This document shows, piece after piece, positions 1-9,489 of a stretch of DNA of 64,000 nt. This stretch comes from Longimicrobiales bacterium (GTDB taxonomy: Bacteria > Gemmatimonadota > Gemmatimonadetes > Longimicrobiales > Gaopeijiaceae). A program made the translations under genes and the position numbers. How positions within the stretch are numbered: position 1 is the stretch's first letter; each line of letters opens with the position of its first letter. The stretch lies in NCBI GenBank assembly GCA_965219445.1, contig CBDCNQ010000005.1, positions 1,184,001 to 1,248,000 on the forward strand. The letters are read 5' to 3'. The notes beneath the pieces were generated by a model, which was not told the DNA's origin, made no database searches, and saw only the letters and a program-made list of their open reading frames with translations.

Positions 1-10
1 GCTCGCGGGC

Positions 11-2104
11 GTGGCGGTGAGGAAGGCGGCAACCGAGCGGGTGTTCGGATTCGAGATCATGCCCGCGCCGTTCGTCGTCGCGCATTTGCAGGTCGGCCTG
101 ACCATGCAGAACCTCGACGCGACGCTGGCGGACGACGGAACCGAGCGCGCGGGAGTATTCCTCACCAACGCGCTGACCGGATGGGAGCCGCACATGAACA
201 AGCCGCTCCCCTTCCCGGAGCTTGAAGAGGAACGCGACCGGGCGGATCGGGTGAAGCAGGAGACACCGATTCTGGTGATCCTCGGGAACCCGCCCTACAA
301 CGGCTTCGCGGGCATGGCGGTGGACGAGGAACGCGAGCTCTCGGAAGCCTATCGCACGACGAGGCGCGTGCGCCGGCCCGAAGGCCAGGGCCTGAACGAC
401 CTCTACGTCCGCTTCTTCCGCATGGCGGAGCGGCGCATCGCGGAGAAGACCGGCCAGGGCGTGGTCTGCTTCATCTCCAACTATTCCTGGCTCGACGGGT
501 TGTCCTTCACCGGGAGGCGGGAGCGCTTCCTCGAAGCGTTCGACGCGATCCGGATCGACTGCCTGAACGGCGACAAATACAAGACCGGCAAGGTCGCACC
601 GGACGGTTCGCCCGACCCGAGCATCTTTTCCACCGAGGGAGATCCGGTGGGTATCCAGGTGGGCACGGCCATCTCGACGCTGGTGCGCAAGGGGGACCAC
701 GAGCCCGCCAAGTCGGTTGCGTTCCGGCATCTCTGGGGACAGGCCAAGCCGGCAGAGTTGATCGCCACGGCCGAGGCGGAACCGGACGTCCTCTACTCTG
801 AGATCGAACCTGTACTACCGCTGGGCCTTCCCTTCGTGGAGATGGCGGTGAGCGCCGACTGGTTCGACTGGCCCGCGTTGCCCGATCTGTTCCCGGCGTC
901 GTTCCCCGGCGTCACGACCAGCCGCGACAAGTTCCTCGTTGATGTCGATCTCGACCGGCTGCGGACACGCGTCGCGGATTACTTCGACTCGAACCTGAGC
1001 CACGAGGAAATCACGCGGCGTTATCCGGGTGCCATGAAGACCACGGCACGGTTCCACGCCCGCGCGGTTCGCGACGCGTTGTTGAAACGCGGTGGTCCGG
1101 ATGAATCTGGATTCATCCGCTTCGCGTACCGACCATTCGACAACCGCTGGCTCTATTGGGAAAGCGACACGAAGCTGCTTGACGAGAAGAGGGCCGACTA
1201 CAGGCCGCATGTGTTCGAAGGAAACATGTGGATCGAAGCCCGTACACGCGACGCAAAGGAAGATTTTTCCCGTGGAACCTTAGTCAGTTATCTTGCTGGT
1301 GACTTCGGAAACGGAAGGTCACACTTCTTTCCTGCTTGGCTCCGCAATGATGGCGTCGGAACCGATGTTGAGGGACCACGCCGGGCAAATCTCTCCGTGA
1401 TGGTGCAACGCTATCTCGATCGTCTCGGCGTCGGTGTCGAGGATCTATTCCACCATGTTCTCGCCGTTCTCCACGATCCGGCTTACCGGGAGGCCAATGC
1501 CGGAGCACTCCGGATGGGATGGCCGCGCCTCCCGCTGCCCGGCTGGCCAGACGGCGAGGCTGAAGGAGCAGCTGAGGCGCTCGCCCGGTCGGCGACACAT
1601 GGGCGCGAGCTAGCCGCTCTACTCGATCCAGAAATGCCGGTGCCCGGCGTCACTCGAACCCCGCTGCGTCCCGCCGCCGCCGCTATCGCTGTTCCGTGTA
1701 CCGTCGGGGGACGCAACATGGCGGGCGCCGATTTCGTCGTCACCGTCGGCTGGGGGCACTACGGGTCGGGCGACGCTGTGATGCCCGGCCGAGGCCGCGC
1801 CGAGGAACGAGCCTACACACCGGAGGAAACTACGGCCATGTTGGACGCGTTGCCGGTTCTCGGCGACAAGACCTTCGATGTCTACCTCAACGGGGAGGCA
1901 TTCTGGCGCAACATCCCCGCCGCGGTCTGGGACTACAGGCTCGGTGGCTACCAGATCCTCAAGAAGTGGTTGTCATACCGGGAGCACAGGGTACTGAGCA
2001 GGAAACTTCGTGCCGAGGAAGTTCAGCACTTCACCGACACCGCACGGCGAATTGGCGCGCTACTGCTGGCGTCATCCGACGGACCCGAGAGGAGGCCGCA
2101 ATGA
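11..2104 (+). CDS. Type ISP-like restriction-modification enzyme, C-terminal part (N6-adenine MTase motif IV plus target-recognition domain); 5' end lies outside the window
   Basis: VFGFEIMPAPFVVAHL, ILGNPPY, DLYVRFFR, F-YRPFD-RW and VWDYRLGGYQILKKWLSYRE motifs typical of the type ISP C-terminus; frame is open to the window edge. Confidence 0.85.
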   Translation: MAVRKAATERVFGFEIMPAPFVVAHLQVGLTMQNLDATLADDGTERAGVFLTNALTGWEPHMNKPLPFPELEEERDRADRVKQETPILVILGNPPYNGFAGMAVDEERELSEAYRTTRRVRRPEGQGLNDLYVRFFRMAERRIAEKTGQGVVCFISNYSWLDGLSFTGRRERFLEAFDAIRIDCLNGDKYKTGKVAPDGSPDPSIFSTEGDPVGIQVGTAISTLVRKGDHEPAKSVAFRHLWGQAKPAELIATAEAEPDVLYSEIEPVLPLGLPFVEMAVSADWFDWPALPDLFPASFPGVTTSRDKFLVDVDLDRLRTRVADYFDSNLSHEEITRRYPGAMKTTARFHARAVRDALLKRGGPDESGFIRFAYRPFDNRWLYWESDTKLLDEKRADYRPHVFEGNMWIEARTRDAKEDFSRGTLVSYLAGDFGNGRSHFFPAWLRNDGVGTDVEGPRRANLSVMVQRYLDRLGVGVEDLFHHVLAVLHDPAYREANAGALRMGWPRLPLPGWPDGEAEGAAEALARSATHGRELAALLDPEMPVPGVTRTPLRPAAAAIAVPCTVGGRNMAGADFVVTVGWGHYGSGDAVMPGRGRAEERAYTPEETTAMLDALPVLGDKTFDVYLNGEAFWRNIPAAVWDYRLGGYQILKKWLSYREHRVLSRKLRAEEVQHFTDTARRIGALLLASSDGPERRPQ

Positions 2105-2313
2105 CCGAAAAGATCATCGACAGGAACCCCGACATCTTGGGCGGAACTCCCGTGTTCTCGGGGACCAGGGTTCCCGTGCGGATCCTGATGGAGCACCTCG
2201 AGGCCGGCGACCGGCTCGACGACTTTCTGGACGACTACCCCACGGTAACGAGGGAGCAGGCCGTCGGGCTGCTCGAACGGATGACGGCGCAACTTGTGGG
2301 CGATGCCCGGTGA
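2101..2313 (+). CDS. DUF433-family antitoxin
   Basis: IDRNPDILGGTPVFSGTRVPV...FLDDYPTVTREQ signature; ATGA overlap with the upstream gene; GGAGG RBS. Confidence 0.9.
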   Translation: MTEKIIDRNPDILGGTPVFSGTRVPVRILMEHLEAGDRLDDFLDDYPTVTREQAVGLLERMTAQLVGDAR

Positions 2314-2636
2314 GGGTGTTGCTGGACGAATCCGTTCCAAGGCGGCTCGCGTCGGCGTTTCCCGAGTCGTTTGGAACGCGCACCGTGCAGCAGATGGGCT
2401 GGGCGGGGTGCACGAACGGAGAGTTACTGCGCCTCGCGGCGGACCACGGGTTCGATGTCCTCGTCACGGTGGACCAAGGTTTCGCGTATCAGCAGAACGT
2501 CCGGGATCTTCCGATCCCCGTCGTCATCATGATCGCGGCTCGCACCCGATTGCAGGAGTTGAGACCGCTTGTCGCGGAAGTGATCGTTGTCCTCTCGGGC
2601 GATCCCGGGCGCCGAATCCACCGTGTCGTGGCCTGA
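2310..2636 (+). CDS. DUF5615/PIN-like toxin (partner of DUF433)
   Basis: MRVLLDESVP...GW-G--NGELL--A...FDVLVTVD; GTGA overlap with the DUF433 stop. Confidence 0.85.
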   Translation: MRVLLDESVPRRLASAFPESFGTRTVQQMGWAGCTNGELLRLAADHGFDVLVTVDQGFAYQQNVRDLPIPVVIMIAARTRLQELRPLVAEVIVVLSGDPGRRIHRVVA

Positions 2637-2788
2637 GAGCCCTTGCCAAAGGGGGCGCGCACGCGTCGAGTCCGACAGGTCGGCGGCGTCGGGAGCGCAG
2701 CGCTGATGCCGAACCGACCGTCGGAGCGCGGGGCCTCCGAATCCGCTCCAGCGCTCGCGCAACTGGACGACTGGCTATCCCCTCCGTC

Positions 2789-3148
2789 CTATTCGCTCAG
2801 CGCCCCGGTGGACACCTGTGCGATGTGCTTCATTGCCTCGTTCAGCTTGCCGAGCCGCACGCGGTTCGCGTCTCCGGTGTCTCTGGCGTCTTGATGCGCG
2901 AGCCAACGGTTGTAGAGCAGATCCAGCACCCCGACAGGCACCACGTCGGTGACCATGCGGGGGTCTCCGTCCTCACCCGTCTCCGCCAAGTCGTTGGCCA
3001 CCAGCGAGAGCAGATGACACGCCAGCGTGACGACTTGCGACCTGTTGAGCGGTCCCAGCCCGGCAAGTACGAGGATCGAATCCCCCGCCAGTCCGTTGGC
3101 GACGGAAGCGGCCTCCGGAGTCAGGCGAACGTGTGTTGTCTTTGCCAT
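2789..3148 (-). CDS. Hypothetical protein (119 aa, MAKTTHVRL...)
   Basis: GGAGG RBS before ATG at 3148; natural amino-acid composition; lies just past oriT-like copy 1. Confidence 0.55.
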   Translation of the reverse strand: MAKTTHVRLTPEAASVANGLAGDSILVLAGLGPLNRSQVVTLACHLLSLVANDLAETGEDGDPRMVTDVVPVGVLDLLYNRWLAHQDARDTGDANRVRLGKLNEAMKHIAQVSTGALSE

Positions 3149-3228
3149 GTTGGCCTCCATGCTGAGTATGTTACCACAAAACGGTACCACAGATAGCTAG
3201 CCAGGTCAACGCCGGAGGCCCCTGGAAG

Positions 3229-3348
3229 TCTCTTGGGGGGGATCGAAGGGGGGGCGTGAGCCCCCCTCGCCAGCCCCTGCCGGAGACATGCGAAGCGTGG
3301 CCACGAGGGGTATGCTGGCTTAGCCACCTTAGAGTGGCTCAAGCCAGC
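3229..3348 (+). other. ColE1/MOB_P5-type oriT-like site, copy 1 (no adjacent relaxase)
   Basis: GGGG-ATCGAAGGGG...CCCTCGCCAGCCCCTG block, then GTATGCTGGCTTAG (3310-3323) matching the ColE1 nic CTGG/CTTA; inverted repeat 3314-3348; homologous to the site upstream of mobC. Confidence 0.7.
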
Positions 3349-3649
3349 CCTGCGGACGTCTCCGAAACGCTCCCGCGCGCCGCCCCGAACGGCGGGCACC
3401 GGGCCGTCGCGGGCAAGCTCCCCGGCGTCTCGGTCGCCAGCCTCACGGGCGACGAGGACGACGGACGACCCGTCACTCCTTGGCGATGGCCGGCACCGTC
3501 TGCCGCGCCGCGCTTTCCGCCCTGCCCCTACCCTTCGAAGACCGGCGATCGTCGATTCTGGGCGATCCTACGGCCCGTACGTTCCCCGAAACGCCTCCAG
3601 ACCGCCCGGAAATGGCCTCTGAGCCCATGGCGGGGGGCGAAGGGTGAGT

Positions 3650-4292
3650 TCAGGCCCCGGTACTTGCTCTCCGGCCCCCCAGATACTCCGCCCACTGCTC
3701 CATCAGGACGCGTCGGCGCTCGAACAGGTCCGAGCGGGCGTAGGCTGCCTCCACCTGGTTGCGGACCACGTGCGCCAGCGCCGCTTCCATGACCGCGTGC
3801 GGCGCGTCCGTCTGCTCCGCCGCCCAGTCGCGGAAGCTCGAACGGAACCCGTGCGGCACGGCCGCGATCCCCAACTCCCTGAACAGATCGCTGAAAGCCA
3901 AGGCCTGCAACTGCAACCCCCTTGCGGACGGGAACACCAACTCCGACCGGGCCGCGTGTGCGTTCGCCTCGGCCAGAATCTCCCGCGCCCTCCGCGACAG
4001 AGGCACCCGGTGCTCACGCCGGCTCTTCATCCGCTCCGGAGGGATCGTCCACACGCCGCCCTCCACGTGGATCTCCTCCCAGCGAGCCCCGCGCACCTCC
4101 CCGGACCGGCAGGCCGTCAGCGCCAGGAACTCGATGCCCAGCTTCACGGATGCTCCTGCCCCGGACCGGCGGATCGCGTCGATCGCACCGGCCACCTCCC
4201 CGTAGGGCAGCGCCCTGAGGTGCTTCTGAACGCGGCCGGGCTTCGGCAACGCCGCCCTGATCGCCTCGCCCGCCGGGTTGTCCACCCGGTAG
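3650..4292 (-). pseudogene. P4-like tyrosine integrase, catalytic C-terminal part only
   Basis: TACRSGEVRGARW, RMKSRREHRVPL, HGFRSSFRDW, LAH, AYARSDLFERRR; arm-binding N-terminus missing. Confidence 0.88.
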
Positions 4293-4466
4293 CCAGTCGG
4301 CCTGGTGGGGGAAGTCCATCGGCTCGCGGTACTTGAAAGAAGTTGTCGAGCCCACAATCCTCAGATGGCGAAACCATTGGGCAAGGAACCAACCGTAGCC
4401 CGAGTTCCCCCAATTGCAGTTCGCTGGCTCTCGACAAGTCACCTTGGCGCGAGCGTCGTCCCGATA

Positions 4467-4720
4467 AGCTCGCCGACTTGACGGTGACCCGGGCCGCCCA
4501 AGGGCTGGGCGGCACCCGGCAGGCGCTCTCGGAGCCGGTGAACGGGCGAACGAGGATCTCGGTCGAGATGGCGATCCGGCTGTCGAAGGCCTTCGGCTCG
4601 GCGCCCGAGACTTGGCTGGGGATGCAGATGGCCTACGATCTTCTGGCAGGCCCGCGACCGCGCCGAGGAGATCGCGGTGGAGCGCTTTGTGTCGGCGGGG
4701 AGCTCGAACCGTCACGAGAC
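4467..4720 (+). pseudogene. higA: HigA-family antitoxin remnant (5' truncated, frameshift near 4641)
   Basis: LTVTRAAQGLGGTRQALSE-VNG...ISVEMAIRLSKAFGSAPETWLGMQMAYDL, continuing in another frame as WQARDRAEEIAVERF. Confidence 0.8.
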
Positions 4721-4935
4721 GATATGGCATGAGGCATTCCGACGCCTCATGCGACGTCTTCGGCGCGGGAGCGGGCTGCGTCCGAGCCTCCGGATCTCTC
4801 CGTTTCTGCGTGTTGCTCCCGTAAACCCAGCGGGTAACGCGACTTACGACGTTCGGACACACCATGTGATACACGCAGCCCGTAGCGTGTAGCCAAGTCG
4901 TTGTCCCATCGGGACTTGCGAAGACTGATCCCTGC

Positions 4936-5388
4936 TTCCCGGTAAAGCTGCCCGTCGCGCTGGACGCCGAGCGCGCCGTCTTCGTCTACGCCGATCCCGG
5001 CCACGCGACCGCGACCGCGCTCCGGTCCTGGGGCGCCGCGCACCGCGAACTCTGGCTCGCGCTCCAGACACGGGGCCGGTGCGTCGAGTTAGTGGCAGTC
5101 GGTCGCACCACGCGGGAGCTTGAGCGGGCACGGCGAGTCATGCGCCACTGGGCCGAGCCCTCCGGTCCAGCCGAACTCGACCCCCAGGTTCGCAAGGAGC
5201 TCGCCCGGATCGAGGGGGCCATTCTCGCGGGCGCGGTCCCGATCCTGGAGAAGTACGGCGGTCTCCAGGCCGCCATGAAGCGCAGCGTGGCGCTGGAGAA
5301 ACAGGCCCGACGGCAGGCCGCCCGCGCCTCAATCCGCCGCGGCAGCACATGGCGGACCGCGCGCCTCGCCGGGGCTCGCTACCGATGA
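4936..5388 (+). pseudogene. C-terminal fragment of an uncharacterised mobile-element protein (FPVKLPVALDAERAVFVYADPG...)
   Basis: Protein-like open frame of ~150 aa with no plausible start; begins abruptly after an island-edge-like AT-richer stretch (4820-4930). Confidence 0.55.
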
Positions 5389-5560
5389 GCGGCGCGCGAC
5401 TTACGGCCGCACTGGAGTGCGCAAACGACGCGGGGGTACGATTCACACTTCGGCGCCCCGGCGATTCACACGGAGCTTCCCGCCTATCCGCTGGCGCGGC
5501 AGCGTCTTGCGCTTCCGCGGACAGGCCGGCCAGCGCTGTACGGGCGGCACCGTCCGAGGC

Positions 5561-5980
5561 GGTAGCGACCCCCCAGTCCGAGGGCCTGGTACGGGTTCGG
5601 ACGCAGGTGTGTTTTCACACCCCTGCCCCCGCCCGCCAAGGGGTCGCTACCGGCCAATTATCCCTACGCGGGAAGGCGGTTCAGCGCCGCTTCGAGGCGG
5701 CGGAGCACCAGTTCGCCGGCCCCCTGTCCGTCGGGCTATCGGACATCGCCGAGCAAGGCCGGGGCCGCGATGGGCGGGGCCGCAGCCCACGCCGCCAAGC
5801 CTGGGATGCGCCCGTCCTGGGCACCCAAAAGGCCTTCCCGCATGGGATACCGTGACCGGAGCGGCATCGCCGCTCCGGCGACCGTGGTGCAACCGCAAAG
5901 CAGCCAGCGACATACGGAACCGCTGGCGCGCACATCGCAACGGCGGTTCCGTGCACATGCACCTCGATGTCGATGTGCAT
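5561..5980 (+). repeat. Structured noncoding element, copy A (91-nt stem-closed block 5561-5651 plus 125-bp block 5856-5980)
   Basis: Both blocks recur inverted at 23081-23315; hairpins GGTAGCGACCCC/GGGGTCGCTACC and CCGGAGCGG/CCGCTCCGG. Confidence 0.75.
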
Positions 5981-6410
5981 GCGCGGTACGCCACCGACCC
6001 CCGGTGATCGGCGGTCAAGATCGGCCCCCCGAGCCGCTCTCGACACGTCTGCAAAACAACCTTCCCATCATAGCGCCGGACTCGTGAATCGGGAAGCGCC
6101 AGCGCGGCGGGTCATCGGCTCGGAGCGGCCTGAACGCCGGAAGGCCCGGCGCACGCGGAATCGCCCGTCTGGCGAAGATGCCTTTTCAGCGCGAAGTTTC
6201 AGGCGCGCAGATCGTGCAGTCCATCATCAACTGCCTCACCAGCTTCCAATACGATCCATGGCCGTCCGCAAGTAGTCCAGTAACATACTGTAGTACATTG
6301 TTTTATAGGCATTGCCGGTAATCTCCCCGTCCCTTGCGGTCTACCGCCATCCGGTGTATTCTTCCCCGTGTAGTGTTGCAATAAGTGATACACTCTCAGG
6401 GAAGGAACCC

Positions 6411-7583
6411 ATGATGAAACGACCCAGGACGCTCACCGCCGCCTTCGTGCGCACGGTCGGCAGGCCCGGCGTCTACGGCGACGGGCGTGGCGGGCGAGGA
6501 CTGAGCCTCCGGGTGCACCGGACGAAGACCGGCCGCATCAGCAGGACGTGGCGCCAGCGCCTTCGGATCGAGGGGCGGCTGACCTCGGTCGGGCTCGGGC
6601 CGTATCCCGAAATCACGCTCGCCGAGGCGCGCCGGAAGGCGCTGGACAACAGCCGGGCGGTCCGCCACGGCGGCGACCCGCGCGGGCGCGGCGTCCCCAC
6701 GTTCGCCGAGGCGGTCGAACGCACCATCGAGCTGCACCGCGACGGCTGGAAGGCCGGGAGCACGGTGGCCGAGCAATGGGCCGCGACGTTCCGCCTCCAC
6801 GCCGTGCCCCTGCTTGACAAGCCGGTGGACCGGATCACGAGCGCGGACGTGCTGGCGTGCCTCGCGCCGATCTGGACATCGAAGCCCGCCGCCGCCCGGA
6901 AGGCCAAGCGCCGGATCTCTGCGGTCTTGCGCTGGTGCATTGGGAAAAACCTCCGCCCGGACAACCCGGTGGACCGGGCGGTGGTGGCGCTTCCGAGGGC
7001 GAACGGCAACGCGCCGACCCATTATCGCGCGCTGCCGCACCGGGAGGTTGCGGCGGCGCTCCGGGCGATCCGCGGGGTCAGGTACATACATCCCTCGGCG
7101 GTGCTGTGCGTCGAGATGATCGCGTTGACGGCGGTGCGAGCCGGAGAGGCGCGCGGGGCGCGGTGGGACGAGATCGACCTGGAGGCGGGCGTGTGGTCGA
7201 TCCCGGCGTCGAGGATGAAGGCCGGGCGCGAGTTCTCCGTTCCGTTGAGCACGGGCGCACTCGGCGTGCTCGAACGGGCGCGGGCGCTGTCTCCCGACTC
7301 GTCGCTGGTGTTTTCGTCGAAGACCGGCGGCGTGTTGCCGAGGAACGCGCCGGGGCGTGTGCTTCGGCGAGCCGGTGTCGCTTCGACGGTTCACGGGTTC
7401 CGGTCGAGCGCGCGGTCGTGGATGGCCGAGACCGGCGTCCCGGCGGAGGTCGCGGAAGCCTGCCTCGCCCACGTCCCGAGAAGCCGGGTCGTTCAGGCGT
7501 ATCAGCGCTCCGACCTGCTGGACCGCCGCGCCGAGGTCATGCAGGCGTGGAGCGAGTACGTCACGCAGCGATATGCGGCGTGA
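6411..7583 (+). CDS. P4-like tyrosine integrase, intact (Arm DNA-binding plus catalytic domain)
   Basis: LTAAFVRTV..PG.YGDG.G..GL.LRV...GLGPYPEITLAEAR; TAVRAGEARGARW, RMK, HGFRS, LAH, AYQRSDLL. Confidence 0.93.
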   Translation: MMKRPRTLTAAFVRTVGRPGVYGDGRGGRGLSLRVHRTKTGRISRTWRQRLRIEGRLTSVGLGPYPEITLAEARRKALDNSRAVRHGGDPRGRGVPTFAEAVERTIELHRDGWKAGSTVAEQWAATFRLHAVPLLDKPVDRITSADVLACLAPIWTSKPAAARKAKRRISAVLRWCIGKNLRPDNPVDRAVVALPRANGNAPTHYRALPHREVAAALRAIRGVRYIHPSAVLCVEMIALTAVRAGEARGARWDEIDLEAGVWSIPASRMKAGREFSVPLSTGALGVLERARALSPDSSLVFSSKTGGVLPRNAPGRVLRRAGVASTVHGFRSSARSWMAETGVPAEVAEACLAHVPRSRVVQAYQRSDLLDRRAEVMQAWSEYVTQRYAA

Positions 7584-7689
7584 TTCTGAGTGCTCTGCCC
7601 CCCCTTGCGGCTCTAGGTGCGCCGCCCGCTCGCCACCGGGGGGCCTTGGCCGCTCCAGCACGCCACCGCGCGCACCCCGTCCGCGGGGC

Positions 7690-8103
7690 TCACTTCTTCC
7701 GCTCCTGGTCAAGGATGACCCGCTCGGCTTCTTCTCGCACGCGGTCCAGCGCCATCAATGCCTTTTTCCGCCGCATGTTGGCCGTCCAGCACGCCGACAC
7801 TCGCTTGACCGGCCAGCCCAACAGCATCCACGGGATTTGTAACCAGATCACCGCAGCCGCCGCCCCCTCCGCGCCCGTGGCCAGAAGCACCACCATGGCA
7901 ACCGGCCAGTACGCTAACCACCAACCTTCCCAAAAGCTCATGCGCCGCCCCCTCCGGGGCGGGTCCTTCCCCCCGCTCACGAACCGTACATTTAGGGGGA
8001 AGCTGTAGCCGCACCGGGAACAGCGGTAGAAGCGGGGGTCCACGGGTCTGTCTCTTCGTCGGAACTTATGCCCGCACCCCGCACATATTCCAGCACGCGC
8101 CAT
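7690..8103 (-). CDS. Hypothetical membrane protein with possible N-terminal zinc ribbon
   Basis: CAGC...CSRC, then two hydrophobic segments; start uncertain (8103 or 7941). Confidence 0.45.
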   Translation of the reverse strand: MARAGICAGCGHKFRRRDRPVDPRFYRCSRCGYSFPLNVRFVSGGKDPPRRGRRMSFWEGWWLAYWPVAMVVLLATGAEGAAAAVIWLQIPWMLLGWPVKRVSACWTANMRRKKALMALDRVREEAERVILDQERKK

Positions 8104-8120
8104 CCCGCACGTCCGGGGGA

Positions 8121-8579
8121 TCATTCCCGGACCCACTCAAAGACCATGCGGAACGACTCCTCCTCCGGGCACCGGATCACGGCAACCAACCGATACTGGT
8201 GCTGGCGTCCTAACCATTCCGCAAGCAGGGACCGGTCGCCACCGCCTTCCATCTCCCCCGCTATGGAGCACACTGCGCCCGCCTCACCCATTTGGTAGTT
8301 GAAGCCCCCTAGCTCCAACTCCAAGTACGGATTATCCCAAGACCCGGCGACGTGTAGGGGGAGCGCACTGGCGTCCCGCGTCATGGCCTCCTTCAAGGTC
8401 CCGGACAGGTCTCCAACCACCCGGCCATCCTCCTCCACAAGACGGAGCCACGTCCAATGTTCCGGCTCGCCGTGTTCCCACGTTCCGCTAACGGGGGGAA
8501 CGCCAACCACCCTCACGCCCATCAGCACCATGAACGCGAGCACTACCAGCGTCATGAGTACCGCCGTGAGGTTCTTCAT
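8121..8579 (-). CDS. Hypothetical secreted or membrane-anchored beta-rich protein
   Basis: AAGGAAGG RBS; MKNLTAVLMTLVVLAF signal or anchor; SGTW...L...DG.V.G pattern. Confidence 0.65.
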   Translation of the reverse strand: MKNLTAVLMTLVVLAFMVLMGVRVVGVPPVSGTWEHGEPEHWTWLRLVEEDGRVVGDLSGTLKEAMTRDASALPLHVAGSWDNPYLELELGGFNYQMGEAGAVCSIAGEMEGGGDRSLLAEWLGRQHQYRLVAVIRCPEEESFRMVFEWVRE

Positions 8580-8699
8580 CTGATCCCTTCCTTCCGTAGC
8601 GCGGCTACGGGTGCCGCTGGTGATCGTCTTGGAAGGAGTACTAGGACCCCGGCTGTCCCGCGTCAATCGTCCACGTACGGGACGGGGACGGAGGTGATC

Positions 8700-8768
8700 C
8701 CGACGCCAAGTCATGCCCAGGACTGGGCGGCGTATCTCGCGGGTGGGAGAGCAGGCACCGAGCCCTGA
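8700..8768 (+). pseudogene. Extreme 3' tail of a P4-like integrase
   Basis: RRQVM/QDWAAYLAGGRAGTEP* aligns with EQWAEYLGGRRASTGA* at 3650-3700; downstream DNA is homologous too. Confidence 0.7.
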
Positions 8769-9043
8769 TTTGACCCCGCGACCGGGCTCGGAGGCCGTTT
8801 CCCGGCGGTCCACGCACATTCCGGGGTGGATACGGGCCGTAGGATCGCCCCAGATCGACGATCTCCGGTCTCCGAGGGGTACGGGTAGGGCGAAATGCGA
8901 CCGGGCGGCAGGAGCGCCGGGGTACGTCGGCGCGCCGTCCTAGAGTGCTGGCGGCCAAGAGGCCGGGGAGCTTGCTGGCGACGGCCCGGTGGACGCTGTT
9001 CCGGGCGCCGACCTGAGAGGCGGTTTCGGCGGCTCCGCCGACG

Positions 9044-9139
9044 GCTGGCTCACGCTCTTAAGGTACGTAAGCCAGCCTACGCGATGTAAAACATTCGCGC
9101 TCTGGCGAGGGGTGCTCCGCCCCCCTTCGATCCCCCCGG
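9044..9139 (-). other. ColE1/MOB_P5-type oriT-like site, copy 2 (no adjacent relaxase)
   Basis: Minus strand reads GGGGGGATCGAAGGGGG..CCCCTCGCCAG, a hairpin, then GTAGGCTGGCTTAC (9067-9080) and a downstream inverted repeat. Confidence 0.72.
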
Positions 9140-9489
9140 AAAATCCTCGCTCCGGCAGCGTTCGCGGTTAGGGAGTTTCGCCCGCCTCCGCCTGGCCGAC
9201 GTTTCCAGGCGCCCAGCCACCGGATGTTCTCCCGCCGACCACCTATCACCGCCGGTCGGGGCCGTCGATTTCCCGGGTGAGTCCTGCGTCGTGACCGGCG
9301 GGCGGCGTGGTCGGCGTTGCCACCGCTCCGGCGCCGGTCCCCCCGGCCTCCGGGACGGACTCCGCCCGTCCCTCCGCCGGGGTCGTGCCCCTTCCCAACC
9401 CAGCGAAGCCAGGTCGTCCGCGGCGTGACGCGGGGCCGAAAGAAGTCACACCCGGTCACCGGGCCATCTTGGTTGCTCTGACAGGCTAG

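Noticed and set aside
4293..4466. Short insert between the integrase and higA remnants
   Set aside because: The minus frame looks protein-like (CNWGNSGYGWFLAQWF) but is too short to assign.
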